From NCBI RefSeq assembly GCF_035594765.1, contig NC_085843.1, positions 260,191,971 through 260,255,970 of the forward strand: a stretch of 64,000 bases of DNA, in the 5' to 3' direction. The stretch comes from Anolis carolinensis (lineage: Eukaryota). The translations under genes were made by a program, and so were the position numbers. Numbering within the stretch: position 1 is the stretch's first letter; each line of letters begins with the position of its first letter. Below, piece after piece: positions 1 through 11,350 of the stretch. The notes beneath the pieces are model-generated. The model was not told where the DNA came from. It searched no databases and saw nothing but the letters and a program-made list of their open reading frames with translations.

Positions 1-692
1 TCTTCCACTGTTATAGAGCATTACTTTCAACTTCTTAACCTTACAAAGAATTACATTTCAGATTTGGAGAAGTTCAAAAAATAGGGGGAAACACAGCTTG
101 CTGTTCTGAACATTCACCCAGACCAAATCAGGACAGTTCATATTGGAATTCATTAAAAATGAATTCCTGAGGCATCCCTCAGGAAACAGAAACTGGATGT
201 AAAATTATACCATGGTATAGGATTTTGATGAGAGCCTCAGTGTTGAAAATTCTCATTCTTCCAACCTTTTTACATTATTTATAACCACCTTTTCCAGGGA
301 AATAGTTTCCACAAAAGGTCATACAATACAGTAACCTAACAGGGTTCACAATATTGCTGTTTTCATCTGTCTTTTATATATTATTATGTTTGGCTGAAAA
401 AGAGAAAAAGAGAGAGGAAGAAGGACCACTATCAGTCACCCCAAAAAGTCAGCTCTATGAGGATTTGCTCTCTTCTCCTCCACTTTCCATGACATTTTCC
501 ACCTAGATATGGAAGGATGTGTAACCATCCTACTGGATTTGCTGATAGTTTGCCTTAAGATCTTGGCTTTTTTTTTGTCTCTCTCCTCAGCTTCTCCTTT
601 TGTATTATGCCTTTTGCTTTGTAAGACTGATACGTAAGCCATTGCTAAAAGCTTAGATCAGAATGAAAAATGCATATATACAACCAGGCTAT

Positions 693-938
693 GACAGTCA
701 GCATGGTGTAATGTTTTGAATGCTGGACTGAGTGCCAGAAGATCAAGCTTTGAATCCTCATTTGGTTCACTCATGGAAACCAGCTGGGTAGCCTTGGACG
801 AGGCTCATTCTCTCAGCCTCAGAGAAAAGCAAAAGCAAACCTCTCTGAAGAAATCTTCCCCAGAAGACCCCATGACAGGTTCAGCTTAAGGTTTCTCTAA
901 ATTGGAAATGAGTTGAAGGCATACAACAGCAACACTTA
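693..938 (+). mobile_element. tRNA-head CORE-like SINE with RTE/BovB-type 3' end (old copy)
   Basis: Degenerate A/B-box head (gcatggtgtaatg...tttgaatcc), CORE-like ctgggtagccttggac, 3' gagttgaaggcatacaacagcaaca; candidate TSD caggctat at 685-692 and 939-946. Confidence 0.75.
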
Positions 939-1444
939 CAGGCTATAGTATATACCATATAACTTTACAAGTATTATAAAATAATAGTTAACAACAGCAG
1001 TCAGAAAACAAAACTAACAACACAACATGATGCAATCTAAATGAAGCATCTTAAAATCCCAAGAAAGCAAATATATTTTAATGCTGTCTTAAAACTCAAC
1101 AATATCATTCTTTAAACATGGAATGTCATCATTAGATTGTTGCCGTCATTAGAGTACTACCATCAGAAAAGCCAAGTCAACTCAGAGTGGCTAGCAACAT
1201 ATTTAAAAAGAATATAGATTAAAGCTATAAAAACTTCAACAAAACTGCCTTGGATCCCATCCTGGGTGAAAGGCAAGGTATATATGGGATGGATAGATCA
1301 ATGGATAAACAGACAGATAATTGATAGAGAGTCTTTAGTTGTTCTAGTAATATTTGACTGAAATACAGCTAAATCCTATTTTAGTCCTGACTTGAGTAGA
1401 TCTCTTAAATCCTTTCAATTTATCTATGGGTTTATTGAATGGAT

Positions 1445-4400
1445 AATAATAATAATAATAAAACTTTATTTATACCCCGCCACCATCTCCCCAACGGGGA
1501 CTCGGGGCGGCTCACATGGGGCCATGCCCAAGACAATACAATAGACAAAATATAAAAACAACATATCAGAATGCAATTAAACAGTGCAACAATAACACTA
1601 CACAATACAGAACAAAAAAGCAGAACGTAGCATAACATAACAAGGGCGGGCCGCATGGACACAAGGTTAAAAACTCGGGGTAAGAAGAGAAAAGAATAAA
1701 ACCATGGGGAACAGGGTCTACAGAATACATGTTGGGGAGAGAAACACAGGAGGTATATACAATTACTCTCCGAAAGCACACCGGAAGAGCCATGTTTTTA
1801 AAACTTTCCTAAAGGCTGCAAGAGTGGGGGCTAGCCTGATCTCAATGGGCAGTGAGTTCCACAAACGGGGGGCCACAGCAGAAAAGGCCCTCTCCCTTGT
1901 TCCCACAAGGCGGGCCTGTGATAAAGGCAGTGGAGACAAGAGGGCCTCCTCAGATGAACGAAGGGCTCGGGCAGGTTTATAGTAGGAGATGCGGTCACGA
2001 AGGTAGGCGGGTCCCAAACCGTTTAGGGCTTTATAAATGATGGTCTGCACCTTGAATTGGGACCGGAAAATAAACGGCAGCCAGTGGAGCTCCTTAAACA
2101 AGGGAGTAGATCTCTCCCTAAAACTTGCTCCCGTTATTAATCTGGCCGCCGAGCGTTGGACTAGTTGTAATTTCCGGGCCGTCTTCAAGGGAAGCCCCAC
2201 GTAGAGTGCATTACAGTAGTCCAGTCTAGAGGTAACTAAGGCGTGCACCACCGTGGTCAAGTCAGACTTCACGAGGTATGGTCGCAGTTGGCGCACAAGT
2301 TTGAGTTGTGCAAAAGCCCTCCCGGCCACCGCCGACACCTGAGCTTCAAGCGTCAACGCTGAATCCAGGAGGACCCCCAAACTGCGGACCTGTGATTTCA
2401 GGGGGAGTGCAACCCCGTCCAGCACAGGTTGCCACCCAATACCCCGATCCGACGAGCGACTGACCAGGAGGGCCTCTGTCTTGTCGGGATTGATCCTCAG
2501 CTTGTTCCTCCTCATCCAGTCCGCCACAGCGGCCAGGCACTGGTTCAGCATCCGAGGGGCTTCCTTGGAGTCAGATGGGAACGAGTAGTGGATTTGCGTG
2601 TCATCTGCGTAGAGATGGCAACACCCTCCAAAACTCCGGATGACTTCTCCCAGCGGTTTCATGTAGATGTTGAAAAGCATGGGGGAAAGAATAGACCCTT
2701 GCGGGACCCCACAGGTCAAAGGCCAGGGGTCCGAGCAGGTGTCCCCCAGCTTCACCATCTGGGAACGGCCCTCTAGGAAGGACCGGAGCCACTGCAAAAC
2801 AGTGCCACCAAGTCCCATCCCAGACAGCCGTCCCAGAAGGATACCATGGTCGATGGTATCGAAAGCCGCTGAGATGTCCAGGAGAACCAGCAGGGTCACA
2901 CTCCCCCTGTCCAGTTCCCTGCGGAGGTCATCCACCAAGGCGACCAAAGCCGTCTCGGTACTGTGCCCAGGCCTGAAGCCAGACTGCGAACGGTCCAGAA
3001 AATCAGTGTCATCGAGGAACCCCTGGAGCTGCGTGGCAACCACCCGCTCCAGAACCTTGCCCAAAAATGGGAGGTTGGAAATTGGTCTGTAGTTGTTACA
3101 TACGGATGGGTCTAACGAGGACTTTTTAAGTAGTGGTTTTACTACCGCCTGCTTAAAGCAGGATGGAACTGACCCCTGGCACAAAGAGGCATTAATTATA
3201 GCCACAAACCAATCCAACAGCCCCTCTTTGGCCAGCTTAACCAGCCAAGAGGGACAAGGATCCAGAGCGCAAGTGGTCGCCCTCACAGACCCAAGAATCC
3301 CCTCCACGTCATCAGGAAGAACAAGCCGGAAAGAATCCCACAAGATCGAACAGACAGGTACCTCGGTTACCTCCGCTGGAGCTACAATTAAACTGGAGTC
3401 CAAGTCACGGCGTGTCTGAGCAACTTTGCCTGCAAAATGGTGCGCGAAATCGCTGCACCTGGCTGCCAAGTCATTGTTGAGCCCCTGGGCCTCAGGAGGC
3501 CGCAGAAGCTCTCCCACAACTCTGAACAGCTCAGTTGGCCTATTGGCCGCAGACGCTATGCGAGCAGTCGTGAAAGCTTTCCTGGCTGCTCGCAAAGCCA
3601 CGGAGTAAGCCTTAATAGCGGCTTTAGCCCGTGCTTGGTCTGACACGTCCTGAGATTTCCTCCAGATGCACTCTAGTCCCCTCCTCGTACGCTTCATCAC
3701 AGCCAGCTCCTCAGTGAACCAAGGGGTCGACGTGGCTCTGCGCAACGAGAGGGGACGTTCGGGAGCGATCATGTCCAATGCCCTTGCCAGCTCACTATTA
3801 TAGCGATCAGCCAGGACATCGACAGGATCGCCAGTCTCCAGAACAGAAAGATCCCCAAGAGACCTCAGGAGTCCATCCGGATCCATCAGCCTCCTGGGTC
3901 GGACCATCTTAGTGGGTCCACCACCCCTGCGGAGGTTAGAAGACACGGCGAAACTTACACAGATCAGATGATGGTCAGACCATGACAATGGAAGAATATT
4001 TTGCTCTTCCACTCTGACTGTTCCACCGTCCACAATAAAAACAAGGTCCAACGTGTGTCCCGCCTGATGTGTGGGCCCAGATATAACTTGAGACAGCCCC
4101 ATGGTCGTCATGGCAACCATGAAATCCTGAGCTGCACCTGTCAATGTGGTCTCGGCATGAATGTTAAAGTCTCCCAAAACTATAAGTTGTTGGGAGGCCA
4201 GGGCCGCATTAGAGACCACATCTGCTAGCTCGGACAGGGAGACTGCTGGGTCGCGGGGTGGACAGTACACCAGCAAAATCCCCACACTGTCTCGGGCTCC
4301 CACCCTCAGGAAGACACACTCGAACCTCGAAGTTTGCAGAACGGCACATCTGATCAGGGCGATGGACTGCCGAAAGATCACCGCGACTCCTCCTCCCCGC

Positions 4401-4470
4401 CCCCCAGCCCTGGCCTGCTGATGCACCCCAAAGCCCAGTGGACACAACTGAGTGAGATTCACCCCACCCA
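1445..4470 (-). mobile_element. Young 5'-truncated L2 LINE
   Basis: Uninterrupted APE-RT ORF, AT-rich 3' UTR, L2 3' stem-loop (minus strand tgagccgccccgagtccccgttggggagatggtggcggggtataaataaag), (TTA)n tail, perfect 8-bp TSD gaatggat at 1437-1444 and 4471-4478. Confidence 0.96.
1763..4462 (-). CDS. L2 ORF2, N-terminally truncated: partial apurinic-like endonuclease plus reverse transcriptase (899 codons, no authentic start)
   Basis: APE motifs GGGVA, LGDFN, TLDLVF, WSDH; RT motifs YRPISNL, QSGFR, LDISAAFDTIDH, GVPQGSILSP, YADD; L2-type C-terminus SRLDYCN...LHWLP...AFSAVAPRLWNSLP. The N-terminal APE motifs (LNARS, ETWL) are missing. Confidence 0.93.
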   Translation of the reverse strand: MNLTQLCPLGFGVHQQARAGGRGGGVAVIFRQSIALIRCAVLQTSRFECVFLRVGARDSVGILLVYCPPRDPAVSLSELADVVSNAALASQQLIVLGDFNIHAETTLTGAAQDFMVAMTTMGLSQVISGPTHQAGHTLDLVFIVDGGTVRVEEQNILPLSWSDHHLICVSFAVSSNLRRGGGPTKMVRPRRLMDPDGLLRSLGDLSVLETGDPVDVLADRYNSELARALDMIAPERPLSLRRATSTPWFTEELAVMKRTRRGLECIWRKSQDVSDQARAKAAIKAYSVALRAARKAFTTARIASAANRPTELFRVVGELLRPPEAQGLNNDLAARCSDFAHHFAGKVAQTRRDLDSSLIVAPAEVTEVPVCSILWDSFRLVLPDDVEGILGSVRATTCALDPCPSWLVKLAKEGLLDWFVAIINASLCQGSVPSCFKQAVVKPLLKKSSLDPSVCNNYRPISNLPFLGKVLERVVATQLQGFLDDTDFLDRSQSGFRPGHSTETALVALVDDLRRELDRGSVTLLVLLDISAAFDTIDHGILLGRLSGMGLGGTVLQWLRSFLEGRSQMVKLGDTCSDPWPLTCGVPQGSILSPMLFNIYMKPLGEVIRSFGGCCHLYADDTQIHYSFPSDSKEAPRMLNQCLAAVADWMRRNKLRINPDKTEALLVSRSSDRGIGWQPVLDGVALPLKSQVRSLGVLLDSALTLEAQVSAVAGRAFAQLKLVRQLRPYLVKSDLTTVVHALVTSRLDYCNALYVGLPLKTARKLQLVQRSAARLITGASFRERSTPLFKELHWLPFIFRSQFKVQTIIYKALNGLGPAYLRDRISYYKPARALRSSEEALLSPLPLSQARLVGTRERAFSAVAPRLWNSLPIEIRLAPTLAAFRKVLKTWLFRCAFGE

Positions 4471-5312
4471 GAATGGATCTACTCTAGCTAGCACTCACCA
4501 GAGAGTTGTCAGTCTGTCGTGTTCCTTTCTCCCCTAATGAAAAGGCTATTTGTTAGAGTATAAGCTTATTTATATGGAAATCTAGAAATATGTTTGTGTA
4601 GTGATTTTTAAAAAAAATCTTATATAATTATTAAGTGGAAGGATGGATATCTATCAGTCTTACAGATACTATATTACAGAGGACTGTGCTAAGCCTTACT
4701 TTGATCCAAAACTTTCTTTCTTGAGGACAGTACTGACTCCACTTTTTAAGAAAAATCTTTTGTTCTGAATGGTTTGAAGAAAAGTTGTTGGAAAAAGAAA
4801 TGACATATCATAGAAATCAATTCATGCAACACCCTGTTAGCACAAGCTCTGTAGGAAACATGTAACTCGTGGGGTCATGTTTCCAGTCATCCCTCTTATT
4901 GATTCTACCTACAAATCTAACTAGATAGCTATTGATCTTCTGGAGCTCCTGCTGACATTTATTATCAAATTTACAAGCAACAAAATGAATTTAGTTTGTC
5001 ATTTGTATATTTTTCTTCAATCTTCTTTTTAAGTCCGTACTATTTGTTTGATGCCATGAAAGCACTTTAAAGATGACAGGTAAAAAAGGGCCAAATTATT
5101 ATGCCTTTTCTTCCCAATGCCTCTTTTATTTTGTCTGTTTTAAAACTTCTTTTTGATGCTAAAAGAAAATCTTTAACAAAGTATATGCCTTTGTTATGGT
5201 AACATTCTTAGGAGACAACTACTGAATAAAAAAAAGATTTGGAAACTTTCTGAGTGGAAACTTATCCAGGAAGCTAGTATAAAACATGTTCACCTGGATA
5301 TCTTAACTGTAT

Positions 5313-5519
5313 GGAGCCAGCATAACATAGTAGTTTGAGGGTTGGACTATGACTGGAGAACTGAGTTCAATTGCCACTCCATCATGAAAACCCACTGGGT
5401 GACCTTAGGCAAGTCACACACTCTTTGTCTTAAATAAACAACAACCATGAGTCACCATAAAAAAATCTTGAAAGTCACCATACACTGGAAATAATATGAA
5501 GAAACACAGCAATGAGAAC
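5313..5519 (+). mobile_element. tRNA-head CORE-like SINE
   Basis: Head ggagccagcataacatagtagtttgag...gttcaattgcc, core cccactgggtgaccttaggcaagtcac; 12-bp TSD tcttaact(g/c)tat at 5301-5312 and 5520-5531. Confidence 0.8.
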
Positions 5520-5601
5520 TCTTAACTCTATAGCTCTATACATGTCTATTAAAAATCAGCGCTATTGGGTTCAGTGTGATGAATACCTTTATTTAATTTT
5601 G

Positions 5602-8600
5602 CACTTTTGACTGATGACTGTTGCACTTTATGGAACCGAACTTTAACGTGCTACCTCTTATATTATATCACAAACCCCCTATTAATTAGAACTGGCTCGA
5701 TGAACTATTCCCGGATTGAGTAAAGAACACTACAGCATCTATTGTTCGGAATAATAAGCACTAATGCACTTTAGAGATAAACTGTATAGTTGCTATTATA
5801 ATTAACATCAGCTGTTGGGTTAGTGCACAATTAGGGTAATAGTGGGGAGCAGGGAGGGGTAATTTAGGGGGCGGGAAGGTTCGGTGGGTAATTAGTGCAA
5901 GAAGTGACCTTAAAAACAACACAAATAGTACAAAGTACAGATTATAGTGATGCATTTGGGCACTGTACTAGAGGCTGTGATCGTTTTAACAGTAAGCTTG
6001 ATACTTCTTAACTTCCAGTCGAGCCTCCGTTACCCCAATGATTTTAATTTAGCTCCCGCCACCTTAGCACATAGCACTTTAACATTTGGGAGACTAGAAG
6101 GGAGAAAGTTACAAAGCCTTCTGGCATATAAGACCTGCGCTGCCCCCAAGGTGAAGGAGAAGAGGAAGGAGAGAATTTTAATTAACCTGAAAGGAGGGAG
6201 AGGTACGTCGCAGCAAATACTAGATCCGTGCCCTGATTTAAAAGCTAATACTAACATAATGATGGACCATGTGGCGAGAGGGTGGCCATCTAACAGCCGA
6301 GGAGTCCCCATAGAAGTAATTCAGGGGAGGGGGAGATACGGGAAAGGGAGGCATAAATTAATTCAGCCTAGGGGAAAAAAAAGAGTTCTTACAGATTTAA
6401 AACGGCCTCCTGATATGGTAAACTTGGGTGCCCAGGCTGGCGGTCTCTCCAGGTTAAAGGTGGTGCTGTTGAACGCCAGGTCTGTCAATGGAAAAACTGC
6501 TATCATCCAGGATCTTATCCTGGATGAACAGGCAGACCTGGCATGCATAACGGAGACCTGGCTGGATGAGGCTGGGGGTGTCAACCTCACCCAGCTTTGT
6601 CCACCAGGTTACACCGTGCAGCACCAACCAAGATCTGGAGGGAGGGGAGGTGGTGTTGCAGTAATCTATAAGGAGTCCATCCCCCTGACCAGGTGCCCCA
6701 TCCCACAGTCAACCTTGTTCGAATGTGTCCACCTGAGGGTAGGTGACCGGGACAGACTGGGGATTCTGCTAGTGTACCAACCACCCTGCTGCACTACAGT
6801 CTCCCTGCCTGAGCTAGCGGGGGTGGTCTCTGGCCTGGCATTGGAGTCTCAACAGCTCATTGTGCTGGGGGACTTCAATGTCCATGCCAAGACCAACCTT
6901 TCAGGCGTGGCTCAGGACTTCATGGCCTCCATGGCAACCATGGGGCTGTCCCAACGAGTATCTGGTCCCACCCACAGAGCTGGGCACATGCTTGACTTGG
7001 TTTTCTGTCAGGGATGGGAGGAAAATGGAGGTGTGGAGGAGCTTACCATCGCTCCGTTGCCATGGACCGACCATCACCTGATCAGGTTTAGACTTGCTGC
7101 GCCCCCTAACTTCCGCAGGGGTGGAGGACCCATTAAAATGGTCCGTCCAAGGAGGCTCATGGATCCGGACGGTTTCCTGATGGCTCTTGGGGAGTTTCCC
7201 GCCACCTCGGCTGGTGATTCTGTCGATGCCCTTGTCGCTCTCTGGAATCGGGAGATGACTAGGGCAATAGACACGATCGCTCCGGAACGTCCCCTCTCGA
7301 GTACCCGAGCTAAACTATCTCCTTGGTTTACTGAGGAGTTGGCAGCGATGAAGCGAAAGAAGAGGGGACTAGAGCGCGTGTGGTGTTCAAAACCGAACGA
7401 GTCAAACCGAACACGGCTGGGCTCTTATCTTAAGACTTATGCCGCAGCAATAGATGCTGCAAAGAACTCTTTCTTTGCACCTAATGTTGCGTCCGCACAG
7501 AACCGTCTGGCAGAGCTGTTCCGAGTTGTCAGAGGTTTGTTATATCCCGTCCCTCAAGACGGGATCCCTGACAACTCGGCAGCCCGCTGTGAAGCATTTG
7601 CTCAGTTCTTTGCGGACAAAGTCGCTTTGATCCACTCTGGATTTGACACCATATTAACGGCAGTCTCCGAGGATGTAACAAGTGCACCTGCTTGTCCTAT
7701 TTTGATGGATTAGTTTCAATTGGTTCAGCCCGAGGACGTGGACAAGGTGCTTGGAGAGGTGAGGGCTACCACATGCATCCTAGACCCCTGCCCATCCTGG
7801 CTGGTGAGAGAAGCCAGAGGGGGATTGGCCGAGTGGGTGAAAGTGGTGGTGAATGCCTCCCTTCGGGAAGGCATATTTCCAGCGAGCCTTAAATTGGCTG
7901 TGATCAAACCGCTATTGAAGAAGCCATCACTGGACCCCACTCAATTGGAGAACTATCAGCCAATTTCCAATCTCCCCTTTTTGGGCAAGGTCGTGGAACG
8001 TGTGGTGGCTGCACAACTCCAGGCATTCTTGGTAGATACTGATTTTCTGGATCTGGCGCAGTCTGGCTTCAGGCCGGGACATGGTACCGAGACAGCCTTG
8101 GTCACCTTAGTCGATGATCTACGCCAGGAACTGGACAGGGGGAGTGTGTCCCTGCTGGTTCTGCTGGACCTCTCAGCGGCCTTCGATACCGTCGATCACG
8201 GTATCCTTCTGGGGCGCCTTGCTGGGATGGGTCTCGGGGGTACTGTTCTGCAGTGGCTCCGGTCCTTCCTGGAGGGTTGTTCCCAGATGGTGTCATTGGG
8301 GGACACCTGCTTGGCCCCACAACCATTGACTTGTAGGGTCCTGCAGGGGTCAATACTGTCCCCCATGTTGTTTAACATATACATGAAGCCGCTGGGAGAG
8401 ATCATCCAGAGTTTCGGAGTCCGGTGTCATCTGTACGCAGATGATGTCCAGCTCTGTCACTCCTTCCCACCTGTCACTAAGGAGGCTGTCCTGAACCGGT
8501 GTCTGGCCGCTGTGTCGGACTGGATGAGGGTGAACAAATTGAAACTTAATCCAGACAAGACAGAGGTCCTCCTGATCAGTCGCAGGGCTGAACAGGGAAT

Positions 8601-9550
8601 AGGGTTACATCCTGTGTTGGATGGGGTCGCACTCCCCTTGAAGACACAGGTTCGCAGTCTGGGGGTTCTCCTGGACTCATCGCTGAACCTGGAGCCCCAG
8701 GTCTCGGCGGTGGCCAGGGGAGCCTTTGCACAACTCCGTCTTGTGCGCCAGCTGCGCCCGTTCCTTGGGAGGTCTGACTTGGCCACGGTGGTCCACGCTC
8801 TGGTTACAGCTCGTTTGGACTACTGCAACGCGCTCTACGTGGGGCTGCCTTTGAAGACGGCTCGGAAGCTCCAACTAGTACAATGGGCGGCAGCCAGACT
8901 AATAACAGGAGCGGCTTACAAGGAGCGTACTACTCCCATGCTGAACCAGCTCCACTGGCTGCCGATATGCTACCGAGCCCAATTCAAAGTGCTGGTTTTG
9001 ACCTACAAAGCCCTAAATGGTTCTGGCCCATCTTACCTGTCCGAACGTATTTCCCCCTATGAGCCTTCTAGAACTCTTAGATCATCGGGGGAGGCCCTGC
9101 TCTCGGTCCCACCAGCCTCGCAGGTAAGGCTGGTGGGAACGAGGGACAGGGCCTTCTCAGTGGTGGCTCCTCGGCTGTGGAACACCCTCCCCAGCAACAT
9201 ACGGCAGATACCAACTCTCCTAGGCTTCAGGAAAGCCTTAAAGACATGGCTGTGCACACAAGCTTTTAATGAATAAGAACATGGACTTTACATGACCTGT
9301 ACGAAGACTTGAGGATTCTGGATGAATGGATTTTAATCTTGGACATTCTTAAAATTTTATATAATGTGATTTTATTTTGCAATGGTACCTGTTTTATATG
9401 AACTTTTGTTTTGTAGATTGTTTTATATGAATTGTTGTTTTTACGTTGTTTTTAGGCATTGAATTTTTGCCTATCTACTGTAAGCCGCTTTGAGTCTCCT
9501 CGGAGAGAAAGGCGGGGTAAAAGTGATGTAAATAAATAAATAAATAAATA
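5602..9550 (+). mobile_element. Near full-length L2 LINE (5' boundary uncertain)
   Basis: Complete APE and RT coding region, 3' UTR with L2 stem-loop (gtaagccgctttgagtctcctcggagagaaaggcggggt), (TAAA)n tail 9529-9552; tentative 7-bp TSD aattttg at 5595-5601 and 9551-9557. Confidence 0.9.
6259..9276 (+). pseudogene. L2 ORF2 (APE+RT) split by one in-frame TAG at 7711-7713
   Basis: Track ORFs 5947-7713 and 7720-9276 are in the same frame (MD*FQLVQPEDV vs WDSFRLVLPDDV in the other L2). APE LNARS/ITETWL/GDFN/WTDH and RT QGSILSP/YADD are present. Probable start MMDHV at 6259. Confidence 0.9.
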
Positions 9551-9669
9551 AATTTTGTGATTCCAGCATTTAACAAACACATTTCCACCCTGGAATTCAA
9601 AATTTCACATTAACTATAGTGTTCAAAGAAAAGAAAGTTTTTCACCTGTACAATTTCTAGACTATGGAC

Positions 9670-10043
9670 CTCTCTTCGGATGGGGCATTTTGGCCTCATT
9701 TTGCCACTTTTATGCACAACAAGGATGGGGCCTGCCATGTGCCATCGCATGACGCATGGCAGGTTCTGCCCACATTCCTCCCAAAGTGGAGGGGAAGTGC
9801 CGAAAGGCACTTTCTCCTCCACTATGGGGAGGAAAGTGTAGTTTGGGTAGTTCCAATGGAGCTACCCGCACTTTCCTCCCCTTTTTGCCGTGTGATGGTA
9901 GAAAGGGCAGCAGGGCAATGTGCATTGCCACGTGTTGCCACCATTTCTGCCATTTGATGGAGGAAGGACAGGGTGCTCCGCGCACCTTCCCTTTCGCTGA
10001 TTGCCGGCACAATGGCATAGCCCAAAAGAGCCATGTGAAGAGA
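9670..10043. mobile_element. Old MITE with imperfect TIRs (possibly PIF/Harbinger-like)
   Basis: Left tctcttcggatggggcattttgg approximates the reverse complement of right cccaaaagagccatgtgaagaga; internal hairpin cctgccatgtgccatcgcatgacgcatggcagg; GC-richer than flanks. Confidence 0.55.
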
Positions 10044-10060
10044 TTCTATGCAAAAACATA

Positions 10061-11350
10061 GGGTACATCTCCACTGCAGAATTGATGCAGTTTGGCACCA
10101 CTTTAACTACCATGACTCAATGCTATGGAATCTTGGGAGTTTTATTTCAGTGAATCACCATCACTCTGAGTTGTCCAACTCTTATCACTCCTTCCCACCT
10201 GCTACCAAGGAGGCTGTTCAGGTCATGAAGCAGTGCTTGGCCACTGTGATGGTCTAGATGAGGGTGAACAAATTGAAATTGAATCCAGACAAAACAGAGG
10301 CTCTCTTGGTCACATGAGCAGTCAAACAGGTTATAGGGTTACAGCCTGTGTTGGACGGGGTTACACTCCCTCTAAAGATGCAGGTTCACAGCTTGGGAGT
10401 TCTCCTAGACTCATCACTTGAGCCTGGAACCCCAGGTTTCGGCGGTGGCCAGGAGGACTTTTTCAAAATTAAAACTTATGCACCAGTTGCGCCCATACCT
10501 TGGGAAGTCAGATTTGGCCACGGTGGTCCACGCTTTTGTTAAATTTTGAATAGACCACTGAAGCGCGCTTTGCGTGGAGTTGCCTTTAAAGTTTCAAGTA
10601 GTCCAACGGGCAGTAGCCAGGTTTCTAATTGGAATGGGGTACAGGGAGCACACAATTCCCCTGTTGCATGAGCTCCACTGGCTGGCAGTCTGCTTCTGAG
10701 CACAATTCAAAGTGCTGGCTTTAGCCTATAAAGCCCTAAACGGTTCCGGCCCAGCTTACCTATCTGAACATATCTCCTCCTATGAAGCATCTCAGAAATT
10801 AAGATCATCTGGGGAGGTCCTGCTCTCAATCCCACCCCCTTCACAGGTGCGACTGGTGGGGACGAGGGACATGGCCTTCTTGGTGGTGGCTTCTCAGCTA
10901 TGGAACTCCCTCCCCAGGGAAATTAGATCAGCCCCCTCCCTCCTGACTTTCAGGAAGAAAGAAAGTTAAATCCTGGTTGTGGGACCAAGCGTTTGCACAT
11001 TAATTCCAAGTGCAATAATTGGTATCTCAGTGCAATAACAATTACAGATGACAATTGGAATGGCTCTTGATATGTGTTTTCTGATTGTGTGATTTTAAGC
11101 AATTGCTTTAATTGACATGTTTTAATGATGTCATTCTAAAGTATATGTTGTTTATGTTGATATGTGTACCTTTGTTGTAAGCCACCCTGAGTCCTCTTCG
11201 GGGTGAGAAGGGTGGGATATAAATAAATTAAATAAATGAATAAACTCTTTGGCAGAGAAGGCCAAAGACTTTTTAAAACTACAACTTTCATGATTCCATA
11301 CCATTGAGCTATGGCTGTTAAAGTGGGCTCAAACAGCATTTTTTTAAAAT
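10061..11350. mobile_element. Palindromic MITE (gggtgcatctacactgtagaattaatgcag family) split by an L2 insertion
   Basis: Left arm 10061-10167 and right arm 11244-~11350 are mutually inverted and match copies at 54944-55322 and ~44060-44374. Confidence 0.8.
10168..11243 (+). mobile_element. Degraded 5'-truncated L2 (RT C-terminal part and 3' UTR)
   Basis: Similar to 8445-9550 with stops and frameshifts (EAVQVMKQCL, YKALNGSGPAYL, LWNSLP); 3' stem-loop and TAAA tail; short TSD actct at 10163-10167 and 11244-11248. Confidence 0.92.

Noticed and set aside
1432-1793. Hydrophobic 115-aa and 75-aa ORFs resembling membrane proteins
   Set aside because: Translation of the T-rich L2 3' UTR and (TTA)n tail.
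1852-4537. Many short ORFs overlapping the L2 elements (also 6030-9257)
   Set aside because: Antisense or alternate-frame shadows of GC-rich ORF2.
1763-9276. Two divergent RT genes as a retron, DGR or domesticated RT system
   Set aside because: Both have APE domains, L2 3' stem-loops and microsatellite tails; they are ordinary independent LINE insertions.
9610-10113. Cluster of overlapping 70-100 aa ORFs on both strands
   Set aside because: They lie in a GC-rich inverted-repeat element; no transposase or other motif.
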